Of a DNA stretch of 64,000 nucleotides, positions 1 to 11,183 are shown piece by piece. The stretch spans positions 4,224,001 to 4,288,000 of the forward strand of contig JASGHG010000001.1 of the NCBI GenBank assembly GCA_047602425.1. Reading direction: 5' to 3'. The number at the start of each line of letters is the position of its first letter. Within the stretch, counting starts at the first letter, position 1. The notes beneath the pieces are model-generated. The model was not told where the DNA came from, ran no database searches, and worked only from the letters and a program-made list of their open reading frames with translations. This stretch comes from Nibricoccus sp. Lineage in GTDB: Bacteria; Verrucomicrobiota; Verrucomicrobiia; Opitutales; Opitutaceae. A program made the translations under genes and the position numbers.

Positions 1-2
1 AC

Positions 3-368
3 TTGATTCAATACATGCTGGCGATCGACCGGGTGAACGACCGCATCGCGCATCTTTACGAGCCAACGCATCCGGCGATCATTCGCACCATCAAGCGCAT
101 TGTCGACGAAGCGCGTAAGCAGAAAATTCCGGTCAGTGTGTGCGGTGAAATGGCGGGCGACCCGATTTACGCGCCACTGCTGCTCGGTCTAGGCGTCGAC
201 GAATTAAGCATGGCGCCGCCGCTGTTGCCCGCCGTGAAGTTTCTCGTGCGCGCGATGAAAATGGACGAAGCCCGCAAACTCGCGGAAAAGGCCCTGGGCA
301 TGGGCTCGCCGAAAGAAATTTATTCTCTCTTCGATAATTTCTGCCGCGACCGCGTGAAGGGCATGTAA
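3..368 (+). CDS. ptsI: Phosphoenolpyruvate-protein phosphotransferase (PTS enzyme I), C-terminal part; 5' end outside window
   Basis: LIQYMLAIDRVN...HPAIIR and SVCGEMAGDP...LLLGLGVDELSM are typical enzyme I C-terminal motifs; could also be ptsP. Confidence 0.9.
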   Translation: MIQYMLAIDRVNDRIAHLYEPTHPAIIRTIKRIVDEARKQKIPVSVCGEMAGDPIYAPLLLGLGVDELSMAPPLLPAVKFLVRAMKMDEARKLAEKALGMGSPKEIYSLFDNFCRDRVKGM

Positions 369-463
369 GCGGAGGTCTTTGTTGACCTGCTTGGCCCTAT
401 GATGGCTGGGCTTACAACGATCCAGCGTATACCGCTAAATGTCCGGGCTATCCGAAGGAAACC

Positions 464-2521
<2,058 letters not shown>

Positions 2522-2630
2522 CCTCCGTATTGCGTAAGAAATGATGGATTATCATGATGCGTGGGTGGCGAACCAGGCCATGTGAGAGGCGTTGATGGCG
2601 AAAAAATGAGGGCATGACAATCCACGTCAT

Positions 2631-2657
2631 GCATCGGCCGATTCATGCAATTTTTTA
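2631..2657 (-). promoter_or_regulatory. Sigma-28 (FliA)-type promoter upstream of the hybrid kinase
   Basis: Minus strand reads TAAA-N15-GCCGATGC versus consensus TAAA-N15-GCCGATAA. Confidence 0.65.
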
Positions 2658-2741
2658 GCAGAAATGTCGGAGCGTCAACAACGCGGCCCGTTTCCAAATG
2701 CCCGCAGAACTCACTGTTGCGGTGCTTCTTGTTGAGAAACC

Positions 2742-4916
2742 TTAAGCAGCGTGAGCGCTGTTAGGCGAAGAACCAAGAACAGCGCGGAGGCGACGTCCGA
2801 GCTCTTCGATTTGGTAAGGCTTCGGAAGAAATTCAGGCTGACCGTGGGCATTGAGCTCGCGGCGCATGTCAGGCGTGATGTTTCCGCTGATGATGATGAC
2901 CTTGGCGTCAGGTCGGAGGCGTCGAAGGGTCTTGTAGACGTCGAGGCCGTTGAGCTGAGGCAGATTCAAATCGAGAAGAACGGCGTGGATCGTGGACGGC
3001 TCGCTCAGCAACACGTCGACCGCGCGGGCGCCGTCGCCGGCGGTGAGAACCTTGTATCCGCGAGGTTCGAGAATGGTCCGGAGAAGTTCGCGCAGGCTGC
3101 TCTCGTCTTCGACGACAAGAATTGTCTCGGTGCCGCTTGGAAATTCGCCTGAGGGCAAAGACGCGTGGTCGGCCTGAGCGGCGGTCTTCGGTACTTCCAG
3201 CGGCAGATAAACCTGAAACGCGCTGCCCTGGCCCACGACGCTTTCCACATCGAGAAATCCGCGATGATTGAGAATGATGCCGTAGACGACGGCGAGACCG
3301 AGCCCGGTGCCGCCGGAGTTTTGTTTGGTGGTGAAAAATGGTTCGAAAATACGGGCCCGGACGTGGGGGGGCATGCCGCAGCCGGTATCGGAAACTTTAA
3401 TACAAACGTAGGGCCGGCCGGAGTCGCCGCCGAGATGGGCGATGGAAGCGCCATCGACCTTGGAGGTGGAAATGGCGATCAAGCCCCCGCCGGGCATGGC
3501 GTCGCGGGCATTGACGCACAGGTTCATGATAACCTGTTGCAACTGGTTTGGGTCCGCCCAGATGGCGGGAAGCGTTTCGTCGAGTTCGAGATTGAACGAA
3601 ACGGTGCGCGGAAAGGTCTCGGCGCACATGCGACCGAGGTCCTTGATGTGCTGGTTGAGCGGGACGGACTTGAAAGTGGCCTCGGTCTTGCGGCTGAAGG
3701 TGAGAATCTGGCGGACCAGGCCGATGGCGCGCTGCGCGGCATTGTGGATTTCCCGCAGGTGACGGGCCTGTGCCTCGTCGGCCGCTCCGCGACCAAGGGC
3801 GATCTCGGTAAAACCATTGATGATCGCCAAAACATTGTTGAAATCGTGCGCGATACCGCCGGCCAGGGTGCCGAGGCTTTCCATTTTCTGCGCCTGGCGG
3901 AGCTGGTCCTCCAGTTTTTTTCGCTCGGTGATGTCCTCCCGCATGCTGAGAAGATGCGTGATCTCGTCGGCGTGGTTGCGGATGGGGGAAACCTGGACGA
4001 ATTCCCAGAGCGTACGCCCATCTTTGCAGCGCGTGCAGAGTTCGCCGCTCCATTTTTTGCCGGTGGCGATGGTTTGTTCGAATTCGCGGAAGGATTCCTC
4101 GCTGGCGTGTCCTTCACGCAGCACTGGAATTTCTTTTTCGAAAATTTCCTCAAGCGTATAACCGGTCGATTGGGTGAAACGCGGATTCACGTATTGCACG
4201 CGACCGTCGGGTGTCGTCACGACGATGGAAAAAGGGGACTGATCGACGGCGTTGGCGAGCTTGTGATAATGTTCTTCGGCGAGACGGCGTTTGGTGACAT
4301 CGCGGCCGACGGCGCGGTAGGCGACGATGCTGCCCTCGGGATTTCGCACGGCGGTTTCCTCCCACGAAAGCCAGCGCCAGCCCTGTGCGGTTTGCCAGCG
4401 ATGTTCGTGCGAGGTGCGATACGGCGGACGCTCGATACGCTTCGTCGCGGCGCTCCAATCAGGGAGATCGTCCGGATGGAGCAAGGAGGTCGGAGTGCGT
4501 CCAGCCCACGCGGGCCGTGGAATACCGAACTTGCGGGCAAAGGCTTCGTTGACCGCGAGGATGCGACCTTCGGGACTGCGCACGAGAACGAGTTCCACGC
4601 TATGCGCCCACGGGCTCACCAAATCCTCATGCTCGCCTGAGGCGTAGTCGATCAGAAGGAGAGTGACGATGAAGCTATGGGGCTGGCGTTTTTTTCGAAA
4701 GACCGGTTGTTCGCGGGCGGAAAGGCCCATCAATTCGAGAGAGCCAATTTCGCTGAAGGGACGTCCGATCAGTTCAGCCGTCGGCTGGCCAAGCAAGGCG
4801 GCGGCGCGCGGCGTGAGTTCGGAGATCCGGCGCTTGGAATCGAGCACGAGCACAGCTTCTTCCGTGGCGGCGGATGCGGCGGTCGAAGAAGTGGGTAGTT
4901 GAGTGCTGGCTGTCAC
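2742..4916 (-). CDS. Cytoplasmic PAS-domain hybrid sensor kinase (CckA-like architecture)
   Basis: Several PAS/PAC units ending RDVTKRR and EDITERKK; QAQKMESLGTLAGGIAHDFNN H-box; MNLCVNARDAM; FEPFFTTK; C-terminal receiver. Confidence 0.93.
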   Translation of the reverse strand: MTASTQLPTSSTAASAATEEAVLVLDSKRRISELTPRAAALLGQPTAELIGRPFSEIGSLELMGLSAREQPVFRKKRQPHSFIVTLLLIDYASGEHEDLVSPWAHSVELVLVRSPEGRILAVNEAFARKFGIPRPAWAGRTPTSLLHPDDLPDWSAATKRIERPPYRTSHEHRWQTAQGWRWLSWEETAVRNPEGSIVAYRAVGRDVTKRRLAEEHYHKLANAVDQSPFSIVVTTPDGRVQYVNPRFTQSTGYTLEEIFEKEIPVLREGHASEESFREFEQTIATGKKWSGELCTRCKDGRTLWEFVQVSPIRNHADEITHLLSMREDITERKKLEDQLRQAQKMESLGTLAGGIAHDFNNVLAIINGFTEIALGRGAADEAQARHLREIHNAAQRAIGLVRQILTFSRKTEATFKSVPLNQHIKDLGRMCAETFPRTVSFNLELDETLPAIWADPNQLQQVIMNLCVNARDAMPGGGLIAISTSKVDGASIAHLGGDSGRPYVCIKVSDTGCGMPPHVRARIFEPFFTTKQNSGGTGLGLAVVYGIILNHRGFLDVESVVGQGSAFQVYLPLEVPKTAAQADHASLPSGEFPSGTETILVVEDESSLRELLRTILEPRGYKVLTAGDGARAVDVLLSEPSTIHAVLLDLNLPQLNGLDVYKTLRRLRPDAKVIIISGNITPDMRRELNAHGQPEFLPKPYQIEELGRRLRAVLGSSPNSAHAA

Positions 4917-5004
4917 GAGGCGAGGAAGATCTGGATAAACGCATTTGCGACGGATCGAGGTGATTCGTCGTCAAACACGAAAAGAACGGAAAGGTTTTTC
5001 CAAC

Positions 5005-5937
5005 TCACACCAAACCGCTCAACACGGTGGGCAAACGTTGCACACTGTTCGAGAGGGCGGCACGAGCGAGCCGGGTTTCTTTTTCGCCGGTCCCGTAGAG
5101 AATCTTCCAACCGGGAAGTTCGAGCCAGGCGTCATCGGCAATGGGCGCGACTTTTTCGAAACCGCCGGGAATGCCCGCGTAGCGCACGAGTTGGTCGGCG
5201 ACCTGAACAGCCGCGGCGTAGAACGAATGGTTGGGGGCGTTCTCCGGGTCGTTATGATAATAAACGGCGTCGGTGATTTCTGCGGAAAGCTGGTGACGTT
5301 GCAAATAGTAGCCGCCGATGCGCGCATGATCCCAACCGATGAGCTCGCGTTCCAGGGCGCAGACTTCGGCGATGTTGTGGAAAGAGGTTTCGACGATCTT
5401 GGCGAATTCCTCGGGAAAGGCGGAAGCCATGACGACTTTGCCGACGTTGTGAAGCAGGCCGATGATGTAGTCGGTATCGTCGTCGATGAGAAGCGTGGTG
5501 GTGGCGAGAATCTCGCGAGTCATGATGGCCGAACCAATCGAATGCTTCCAAAGGTCCTTCCAGGGAAGGCGGACGCTGGTGCGATTGATCTTTTCGAGTT
5601 CCTCGATGACGGGCGTCGCCATCGAAAGTTCGCGAATTTGGCGCAGACCGAGATAAAAAACGGCTTCCTCAATGTTATTCACCTTGGCGGTGAGGCCGAA
5701 GTACACGGAATTGACCATGCGCAGCAGACGTGCGGTCAGCGAAGGGTCCCGGCGGATGATCTCGGCGATTTGGGAATTGTAGCTTTGCTCGGAGTTGACC
5801 AGTCCGGCGAGGGCGCGATTGATGCTCTGCAACGACGCCAGTTTCGGGCACGCGTCGATCTTCCGTGTGATTTCAGAATCGGAGTAAGTACGGCGAGTGG
5901 ACAAGGGCGTATGGTCTGGTGGACTGGTCGGAGGCAT
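5005..5937 (-). CDS. HDOD domain signalling protein
   Basis: IIRRDPSLTARLLRMVNSVYFG, LWKHSIGSA, GLLHNVGK, GWDHARIG. Confidence 0.92.
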   Translation of the reverse strand: MPPTSPPDHTPLSTRRTYSDSEITRKIDACPKLASLQSINRALAGLVNSEQSYNSQIAEIIRRDPSLTARLLRMVNSVYFGLTAKVNNIEEAVFYLGLRQIRELSMATPVIEELEKINRTSVRLPWKDLWKHSIGSAIMTREILATTTLLIDDDTDYIIGLLHNVGKVVMASAFPEEFAKIVETSFHNIAEVCALERELIGWDHARIGGYYLQRHQLSAEITDAVYYHNDPENAPNHSFYAAAVQVADQLVRYAGIPGGFEKVAPIADDAWLELPGWKILYGTGEKETRLARAALSNSVQRLPTVLSGLV

Positions 5938-6010
5938 GATTACGAATCAAGCCCGCCCGCGAACACCAGTGACGGCATAAAGCGCGTGCAGACGTGACTC
6001 TTGTTCATTC

Positions 6011-6037
6011 CTATCGGCGCTGTCTTGGCAAAGTTTA
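6011..6037 (-). promoter_or_regulatory. Sigma-28 (FliA)-type promoter of the HDOD-PAS kinase unit
   Basis: Minus strand reads TAAA-N15-GCCGATAG, one mismatch from consensus, 74 nt upstream of the ATG. Confidence 0.75.
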
Positions 6038-6180
6038 GGGGTTTTCATACCCCGGATTCGGGAAGATTCTTGGGTAAAGGTTGAAAAGGAAGTCTCACTC
6101 GGCCGCCGGGGCATTGCAGATTGAAATCACTGGCGTCCAAAAAGCTGAAATAGTGGAGGCTTTGTTTGCGGTAATGGAAT

Positions 6181-6793
6181 TTAGGTACGAGTTGCGCGCG
6201 GCCGGGTGGGCAGGCGGGGTGGCGCGGCGATGTTCATCGATTCGAGTTGCGGGATAATGTGTTCGTCGTAGCACGTGGGGCAAACGGAGTGAGTAAATTC
6301 ACTTCCGGTTCGAGCCGCCATGTACTGTTCGATGCGCTGCCAATAATCGACGTCTTTGCGTACACTTTTACAGTACGAGCAAATCGGCACCAAGCCCTGC
6401 AATTCGCGAATATGGGCCGCGCTGTCGAGAATGCGCTTGGCCACATGCAGTCGAATCCGAAGTTCACGCAAGTTAACGGGCTTTTGCAGAAAATCGTCCA
6501 CGCCCGCGTCGATCGCGGCGTCTTCGTTTTCCTTCGAGGCATCGTGTGGCGTGTAGATGATGAAATACACATAGTCTACTTTGCGTGCACGCACCCAGCG
6601 GCACAGCTCAAGGCCGGACTGATCGGGCATCATCCAATCGCACACGATCACTCGGATATCGGACGTCGCCGTGATCACGCGGCGAGGCCTCGTCGACGCT
6701 TTCCGCGATTTCGGAAACGAGCCCAAGCGTAGCCAGCGAAGCCTCCATATAAAGGCGCGCGAGCGGATCGTTTTCGATGAGCAGGACTTTCAT
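6181..6793 (-). pseudogene. Response regulator (receiver plus C-terminal CxxC...CxxC zinc-binding tail), split by a +1 frameshift near 6687
   Basis: MKVLLIENDPLARL...ESVDEA (ATG 6793) continues in another frame as RRVITATSDIRVIVCDWMMPDQSGLELC...LVPICSYCKSVR...HSVCPTC; one extra base in GAGGCCTCGC. Confidence 0.85.
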
Positions 6794-6953
6794 GAGAACA
6801 ACGCAGCGAGGGAAGACGCGGCGAAGCGGGGCGTTAATGTAAATAATTTGCGAAAAAAAGGCTGCGCGCAAGACTTTTCCAAGCCATTAAGCCGAAAAAA
6901 GTAGGAAAAGGCTTCGTAGGACGCGCGACACCGTTTGGTCGGTTTTATGGCCC

Positions 6954-8393
6954 TCAGCTGCCTTTAAGCACGTGGTAATTCGCCATCGAAATGCCGCTTA
7001 ACATCGCGCCGACGATTCCGAGAAAACCTTGGTCGGTACCGCAAAGATAAACATTGGCCAGTGCGGTTCGACCTTGGCGGTTTTTGAAGGGCGAACCGTA
7101 AATAGCGCCGGCGAGATGACCCGTGAATTTTGTGATCGTGCGCGGCGTAAACATGTCAGTCGTCAGCGTGGCCTCCGCGAGGGTATCGGCCGCAGGAACC
7201 GGGGGCAGGAAACGCTGGGCGCTGGCCGTGATCGCTTCGTACCAGCGTTGTTTGTCGGCGCGGTAAACGTCTTCGGACAGCTTCGCCCAGAGATCGTAGT
7301 TCGCGAGGCACGTACAGCGAAAAAGTCCCTCGGGCAGACGCTGGCCGTCTGGATACGCGAAATTGTTCGGCAGACAAATCACGCCGCTGCGCAGATCGAC
7401 TTGCGTGGCCGGACGCTCATAAGCGAAGCGTGGCGAATCGTTGAAAAAAACGATCGTATCATCGCCCCACCCAAGCTCGGCGGGTTGGCGGTCGAGAACC
7501 GTTATGGTTTCGACGTAGGAAAGTTTCCCCGCTTTGGCTGGAAGCGCGCCGGGGACTTCGTGGTCAACCTCGATCAGTCGTTCCGTCTCCGGGCCGCCGA
7601 TCGAACTGATGACATGGTCAGCGGTGATTTCCGAACCATCATCGAGCACCAGGGCGGCGGCGCGTCCTTCGCGGGCGACGATTCTTTTCACACCGCATTT
7701 CATCCGGCGTTCACCACCCGCGGCGCGATATTTATCGGTGAGCACGCGGAGGATTACACGCACGCCGTCGAGCGGCCGGGCGAACCCTTCCAGAAAGAGC
7801 GCCTTGAACATGATCACGAACTGGCCGAACTCCATATCGTGTTCCTCTGCGCTGCCGTAGTACATCAGCGGGCAGAAAAGCATGTCCTCGAGCAACGCGT
7901 CGCTGATGTGTTGGCGAACGGTTTTTCGCGCGGAAACCGGCGTGGCATCGAGCGAGACGTCGTCGTAGGTTTTAATCGCAGCGACGAGGCGGCGAAAGCC
8001 ATCGATTTGCGCGGGGAATTTTGTGGCGACTTCGCTTTCGAGCACCGAGAAATCGTTGGTGAAGGTGAGTGAGGTTTCTCCACGCGGCCCAAAGGCGATA
8101 CGCGAACGTTTTTGTTCGCAGAGCGCAAATTCATCGCGGTCGATGCGAAGTTGGCGGAGGAGTTTGGTGAGAGGCGTGCCTTTGACTCCGGCGCGCACGA
8201 AGTTGGTCATCGCGTGCAGACCGACATCGTATTTGCGTCCGGCGATCGAGTAGAAACCGTTGAGTCCACCGACGGCGTTGTGACGCTCGAAAATGCACAC
8301 GCGCTTGCCAAAGTGCGCGAGCCTTATGCCGGCCGCGAGGCCGGACATGCCCGCGCCGATGATGGCGACGTCGTAGTGCGATTGGGAATTCAC
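6954..8393 (-). CDS. Phytoene desaturase-like FAD/NAD(P)-dependent oxidoreductase
   Basis: N-terminal Rossmann motif IIGAGMSGLAAG...FERHNAVGG; C-terminal NVYLCGTDQGFLGIVGAMLSG. Confidence 0.85.
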   Translation of the reverse strand: MNSQSHYDVAIIGAGMSGLAAGIRLAHFGKRVCIFERHNAVGGLNGFYSIAGRKYDVGLHAMTNFVRAGVKGTPLTKLLRQLRIDRDEFALCEQKRSRIAFGPRGETSLTFTNDFSVLESEVATKFPAQIDGFRRLVAAIKTYDDVSLDATPVSARKTVRQHISDALLEDMLFCPLMYYGSAEEHDMEFGQFVIMFKALFLEGFARPLDGVRVILRVLTDKYRAAGGERRMKCGVKRIVAREGRAAALVLDDGSEITADHVISSIGGPETERLIEVDHEVPGALPAKAGKLSYVETITVLDRQPAELGWGDDTIVFFNDSPRFAYERPATQVDLRSGVICLPNNFAYPDGQRLPEGLFRCTCLANYDLWAKLSEDVYRADKQRWYEAITASAQRFLPPVPAADTLAEATLTTDMFTPRTITKFTGHLAGAIYGSPFKNRQGRTALANVYLCGTDQGFLGIVGAMLSGISMANYHVLKGS

Positions 8394-8440
8394 GGGATGA
8401 CTAATCTGGGGCTCAGGAACTCTGGAACGGAATGGGGAAC

Positions 8441-8513
8441 CGCTAATTTGCGCTAATGTACGCTAATTTTCGGAGATGATTTCTAACCACGGATTGCGCG
8501 GATGGGCACGGAT
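8441..8513. repeat. Short intergenic tandem repeats with 9-10 bp period (CGCTAAT x3; CRCGGAT x3)
   Basis: CGCTAAT at 8441, 8451, 8461; CACGGAT/CGCGGAT/CACGGAT at 8488, 8497, 8507. Confidence 0.8.
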
Positions 8514-8530
8514 GGGAAACCGGATTGAGG

Positions 8531-8556
8531 GTAGGGACGGACCGCCGGGCCGTCCG
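8531..8556 (+). repeat. GTAG-type REP-like element
   Basis: GTAG followed by imperfect hairpin GGACGG-ACCGCCGGG-CCGTCC. Confidence 0.65.
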
Positions 8557-8565
8557 TGAACGACA

Positions 8566-9945
8566 TTATTTTTTCAACGGCTCCAGTTTGTAGCCATCTT
8601 TGCCGTCGAGCATCGACCAGCCGGCGGCCGTGAGTTCGGCGCGGAGGGTGTCGGCGGCTTTGAAGTCTTTTGCTTTTTTTGCTGCCCAGCGTTTTTCGGC
8701 GAGAGCGGTAACTTCGGCGGGGACTTCAGCTTTCGGGGCGGCAGAAGTATTGAGATCCAGGCCGAGCGCGAACAACGCCTGATCGAAGGAGGCGAGGTCC
8801 GTTTCTTCCTCGTGGCGATTGACGATAGAGAAGAGTTCGCCAAGGGCCGCGGGCGTGTTGAGGTCGTCCTGAAGGGCGGTGATGACCGGGCCGAAAGCGT
8901 TCCGCGTCACACCCGACGTTGGCAAGGTCGCGCGGTAGGCGCGAAGCGTGGCGAGCGCCTTTTCCGCGGCGTGCAGTGTATCGAACGTGAAACTAAGCTG
9001 CTTTCGGGGATGGCCGGCAAGAAGGGCGTAGCGGAGGGCCATCGGGGAGAAACCTTTGGCCTTAATGTCGTCCAGCGTGTAGAGGTTGCCGAGCGACTTG
9101 GACATTTTTTTCCCATCCACGAGGAGGTGCTCGCTATGATACCAATGACGGACGAAGGGCTTGCCGTTGCAGCACTCGCTTTGGGCGATCTCATTCTCAT
9201 GGTGTGGAAAGAGCAAATCGACACCGCCCGAATGAAGATCGATCGTTTCGCCGAGGTGCTTTTTAATCATGGCGCTGCACTCAATATGCCAGCCCGGACG
9301 GCCGCGGCCCCACGGGCTGTCCCAGCCGTTTGCACCATCTTCGGATTTCCAAGCCTTCCAGAGCGCAAAGTCGGATCCGTCCTCTTTTTCGTCCGCGTCC
9401 ACCGCCTGCGATTTATGAGACAGGGCCGAACCAAGCTGGAGATCGCGTTCCTTAATCCGCGAGAGGCGGCCGTAGTTTTCGAACGACGACACTTTAAAAT
9501 ACACCGATCCATCCGGTGCACGATAAGCGTTTCCCTTCTTCATGAGCACGTCGATCATGTCGACCTGTTCGGGAATATGGCCGGTGGCGGTTGGTTCGCA
9601 ATCGGGCGTGAGCGGCAGGCAGTTGAGCGCGGCGCAATCGGCGTGAAATTTATTGGTCCACTGTGTGGTGACTTCAGTGAGCGAACGGCCTTCGTCGCGA
9701 GCGCGCTTGATCGTTTTGTCGTCCACATCGGTCAAATTGCGGACGTATTTCACTTTGTTCTCGCCGAATTCGAGAATGAGCAAACGGCGAAGCACGTCGT
9801 TGACGACGAAAGTCCGAAAATTGCCGATATGCCCCGCAGCATACACGGTGAGACCGCAATTATAGAAACGGAAAACGCCGTCCTGATGCGAGGGCGCGAG
9901 AATCTTGGGCTGGCGGGTTAACGAATCGAAGAGCGTGATGGGCAT
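8566..9945 (-). CDS. cysS: Cysteine--tRNA ligase
   Basis: CGLTVY...HIGN, DFALWK, GRPGWHIECSAM, DLLFPHHENEIAQ, KMSKS. Confidence 0.98.
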   Translation of the reverse strand: MPITLFDSLTRQPKILAPSHQDGVFRFYNCGLTVYAAGHIGNFRTFVVNDVLRRLLILEFGENKVKYVRNLTDVDDKTIKRARDEGRSLTEVTTQWTNKFHADCAALNCLPLTPDCEPTATGHIPEQVDMIDVLMKKGNAYRAPDGSVYFKVSSFENYGRLSRIKERDLQLGSALSHKSQAVDADEKEDGSDFALWKAWKSEDGANGWDSPWGRGRPGWHIECSAMIKKHLGETIDLHSGGVDLLFPHHENEIAQSECCNGKPFVRHWYHSEHLLVDGKKMSKSLGNLYTLDDIKAKGFSPMALRYALLAGHPRKQLSFTFDTLHAAEKALATLRAYRATLPTSGVTRNAFGPVITALQDDLNTPAALGELFSIVNRHEEETDLASFDQALFALGLDLNTSAAPKAEVPAEVTALAEKRWAAKKAKDFKAADTLRAELTAAGWSMLDGKDGYKLEPLKK

Positions 9946-10054
9946 GTTTTGTAACCGCTAATGAACATGAAAGGACGCAGACACGAGCGAGTTTTTTTTA
10001 TCGTCGGGGGAATCTCTGTTGATTGTCCCGGCAGGGATTGGCTTGGTTGGGTAC

Positions 10055-11140
10055 ATGCGAGTGAACCTGCGTTTTCTGATGATCTTCGGCTGCATGATGG
10101 GAAGTGCGACGGCAGCGCCGACATCGAACCCGTTTGTGCCAGAGTTCAGGTTTTCGGAGCCGTTCAGCGCCACGCGCTTGGCGGCCGAACGGGCAGGACT
10201 GGCCCTCGATGGTTTCGCAGCACCGGACAAGAGATCGGAACTGATCGCTGGCGACACGATCACGGCGATTGTGACGCTGACTGAAAGCAATTCGGCCACG
10301 CAATGGATCGTGCAATTGAAGGCGGTTGATTTGACGGCCAAGGAAAAACAGGCGCCGGCACTCAGCCAGTGGCGGCTCTACACGACAACCGGCCGGGAGT
10401 TCGATTTCGCCGGGAAACTTGCGGCTTTGGAAATTCGAATGATCGGACCGGCCAAATCGAATGCCCCAACCGATGAAAAAGCCGCGCAAGGGGCGAAAGA
10501 TCGAAAGGTCCGGATTCAGGTGAATTCAGAATACCTTCGCCTCGGTTTCGATCGAGCATGCAAGGCATGGTTGCGAGTGCAGCAGCTCAAGGCGCACGAT
10601 GCTCTTTTTCTAAAGGAGAATCACGGCTGGGCGTGTAACAGCAGGAAATTTACCGCAGAGGAATTGGTTAAGGGAAAAAGAGATGGCGAGTTGATGGGCC
10701 TGACGGAAACCGAAGAACGTGCGATGGCGGGCACTCTGCCGGCGTTAGTGGCTTTTTTCGGCATCGCGCTTCAGACTTCGGAATTGCGTGATGTGCTGCG
10801 CGAAGTGGCTGAAATACCTTGGTGGCAGTTGGTCAAACATGGAGGCGAGCCGCAGATCAATATGATGTTCCTGCCACAGTTTGGGCAGGGTTGGCCGCAG
10901 GTGTGGCGACTGCCGGCGGGAGAAGGCGCGTGGTATTTCCCGGTGATTTTTAATTTGTTCGACAAGCCCGCGGTGGCTTGTCGCTTGGCTGTCACGGAGC
11001 CGAAGCCGCCGTTGCTGACCAGCGCTGGCATTATCGGTGTCGCGGCGCAGCGGCCCGACGGGAAAGGACCACATTTGATGATTCAGGTGATCGCGACGCG
11101 AGGTGCTTCGGAGAATTTGGAAAAGATTAGCGTGAAATAA
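10055..11140 (+). CDS. Secreted hypothetical protein (unnamed domain, paralogous to the C-terminal part of 36887-39113)
   Basis: Long ORF with signal-peptide-like N-terminus; clear motif-level similarity to the C-terminal domain of the protease-PDZ gene. Confidence 0.8.
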   Translation: MRVNLRFLMIFGCMMGSATAAPTSNPFVPEFRFSEPFSATRLAAERAGLALDGFAAPDKRSELIAGDTITAIVTLTESNSATQWIVQLKAVDLTAKEKQAPALSQWRLYTTTGREFDFAGKLAALEIRMIGPAKSNAPTDEKAAQGAKDRKVRIQVNSEYLRLGFDRACKAWLRVQQLKAHDALFLKENHGWACNSRKFTAEELVKGKRDGELMGLTETEERAMAGTLPALVAFFGIALQTSELRDVLREVAEIPWWQLVKHGGEPQINMMFLPQFGQGWPQVWRLPAGEGAWYFPVIFNLFDKPAVACRLAVTEPKPPLLTSAGIIGVAAQRPDGKGPHLMIQVIATRGASENLEKISVK

Positions 11141-11183
11141 CCCAAATTCGCGGTTTAATTCTGGATCACTTCTCCCTTCGACC

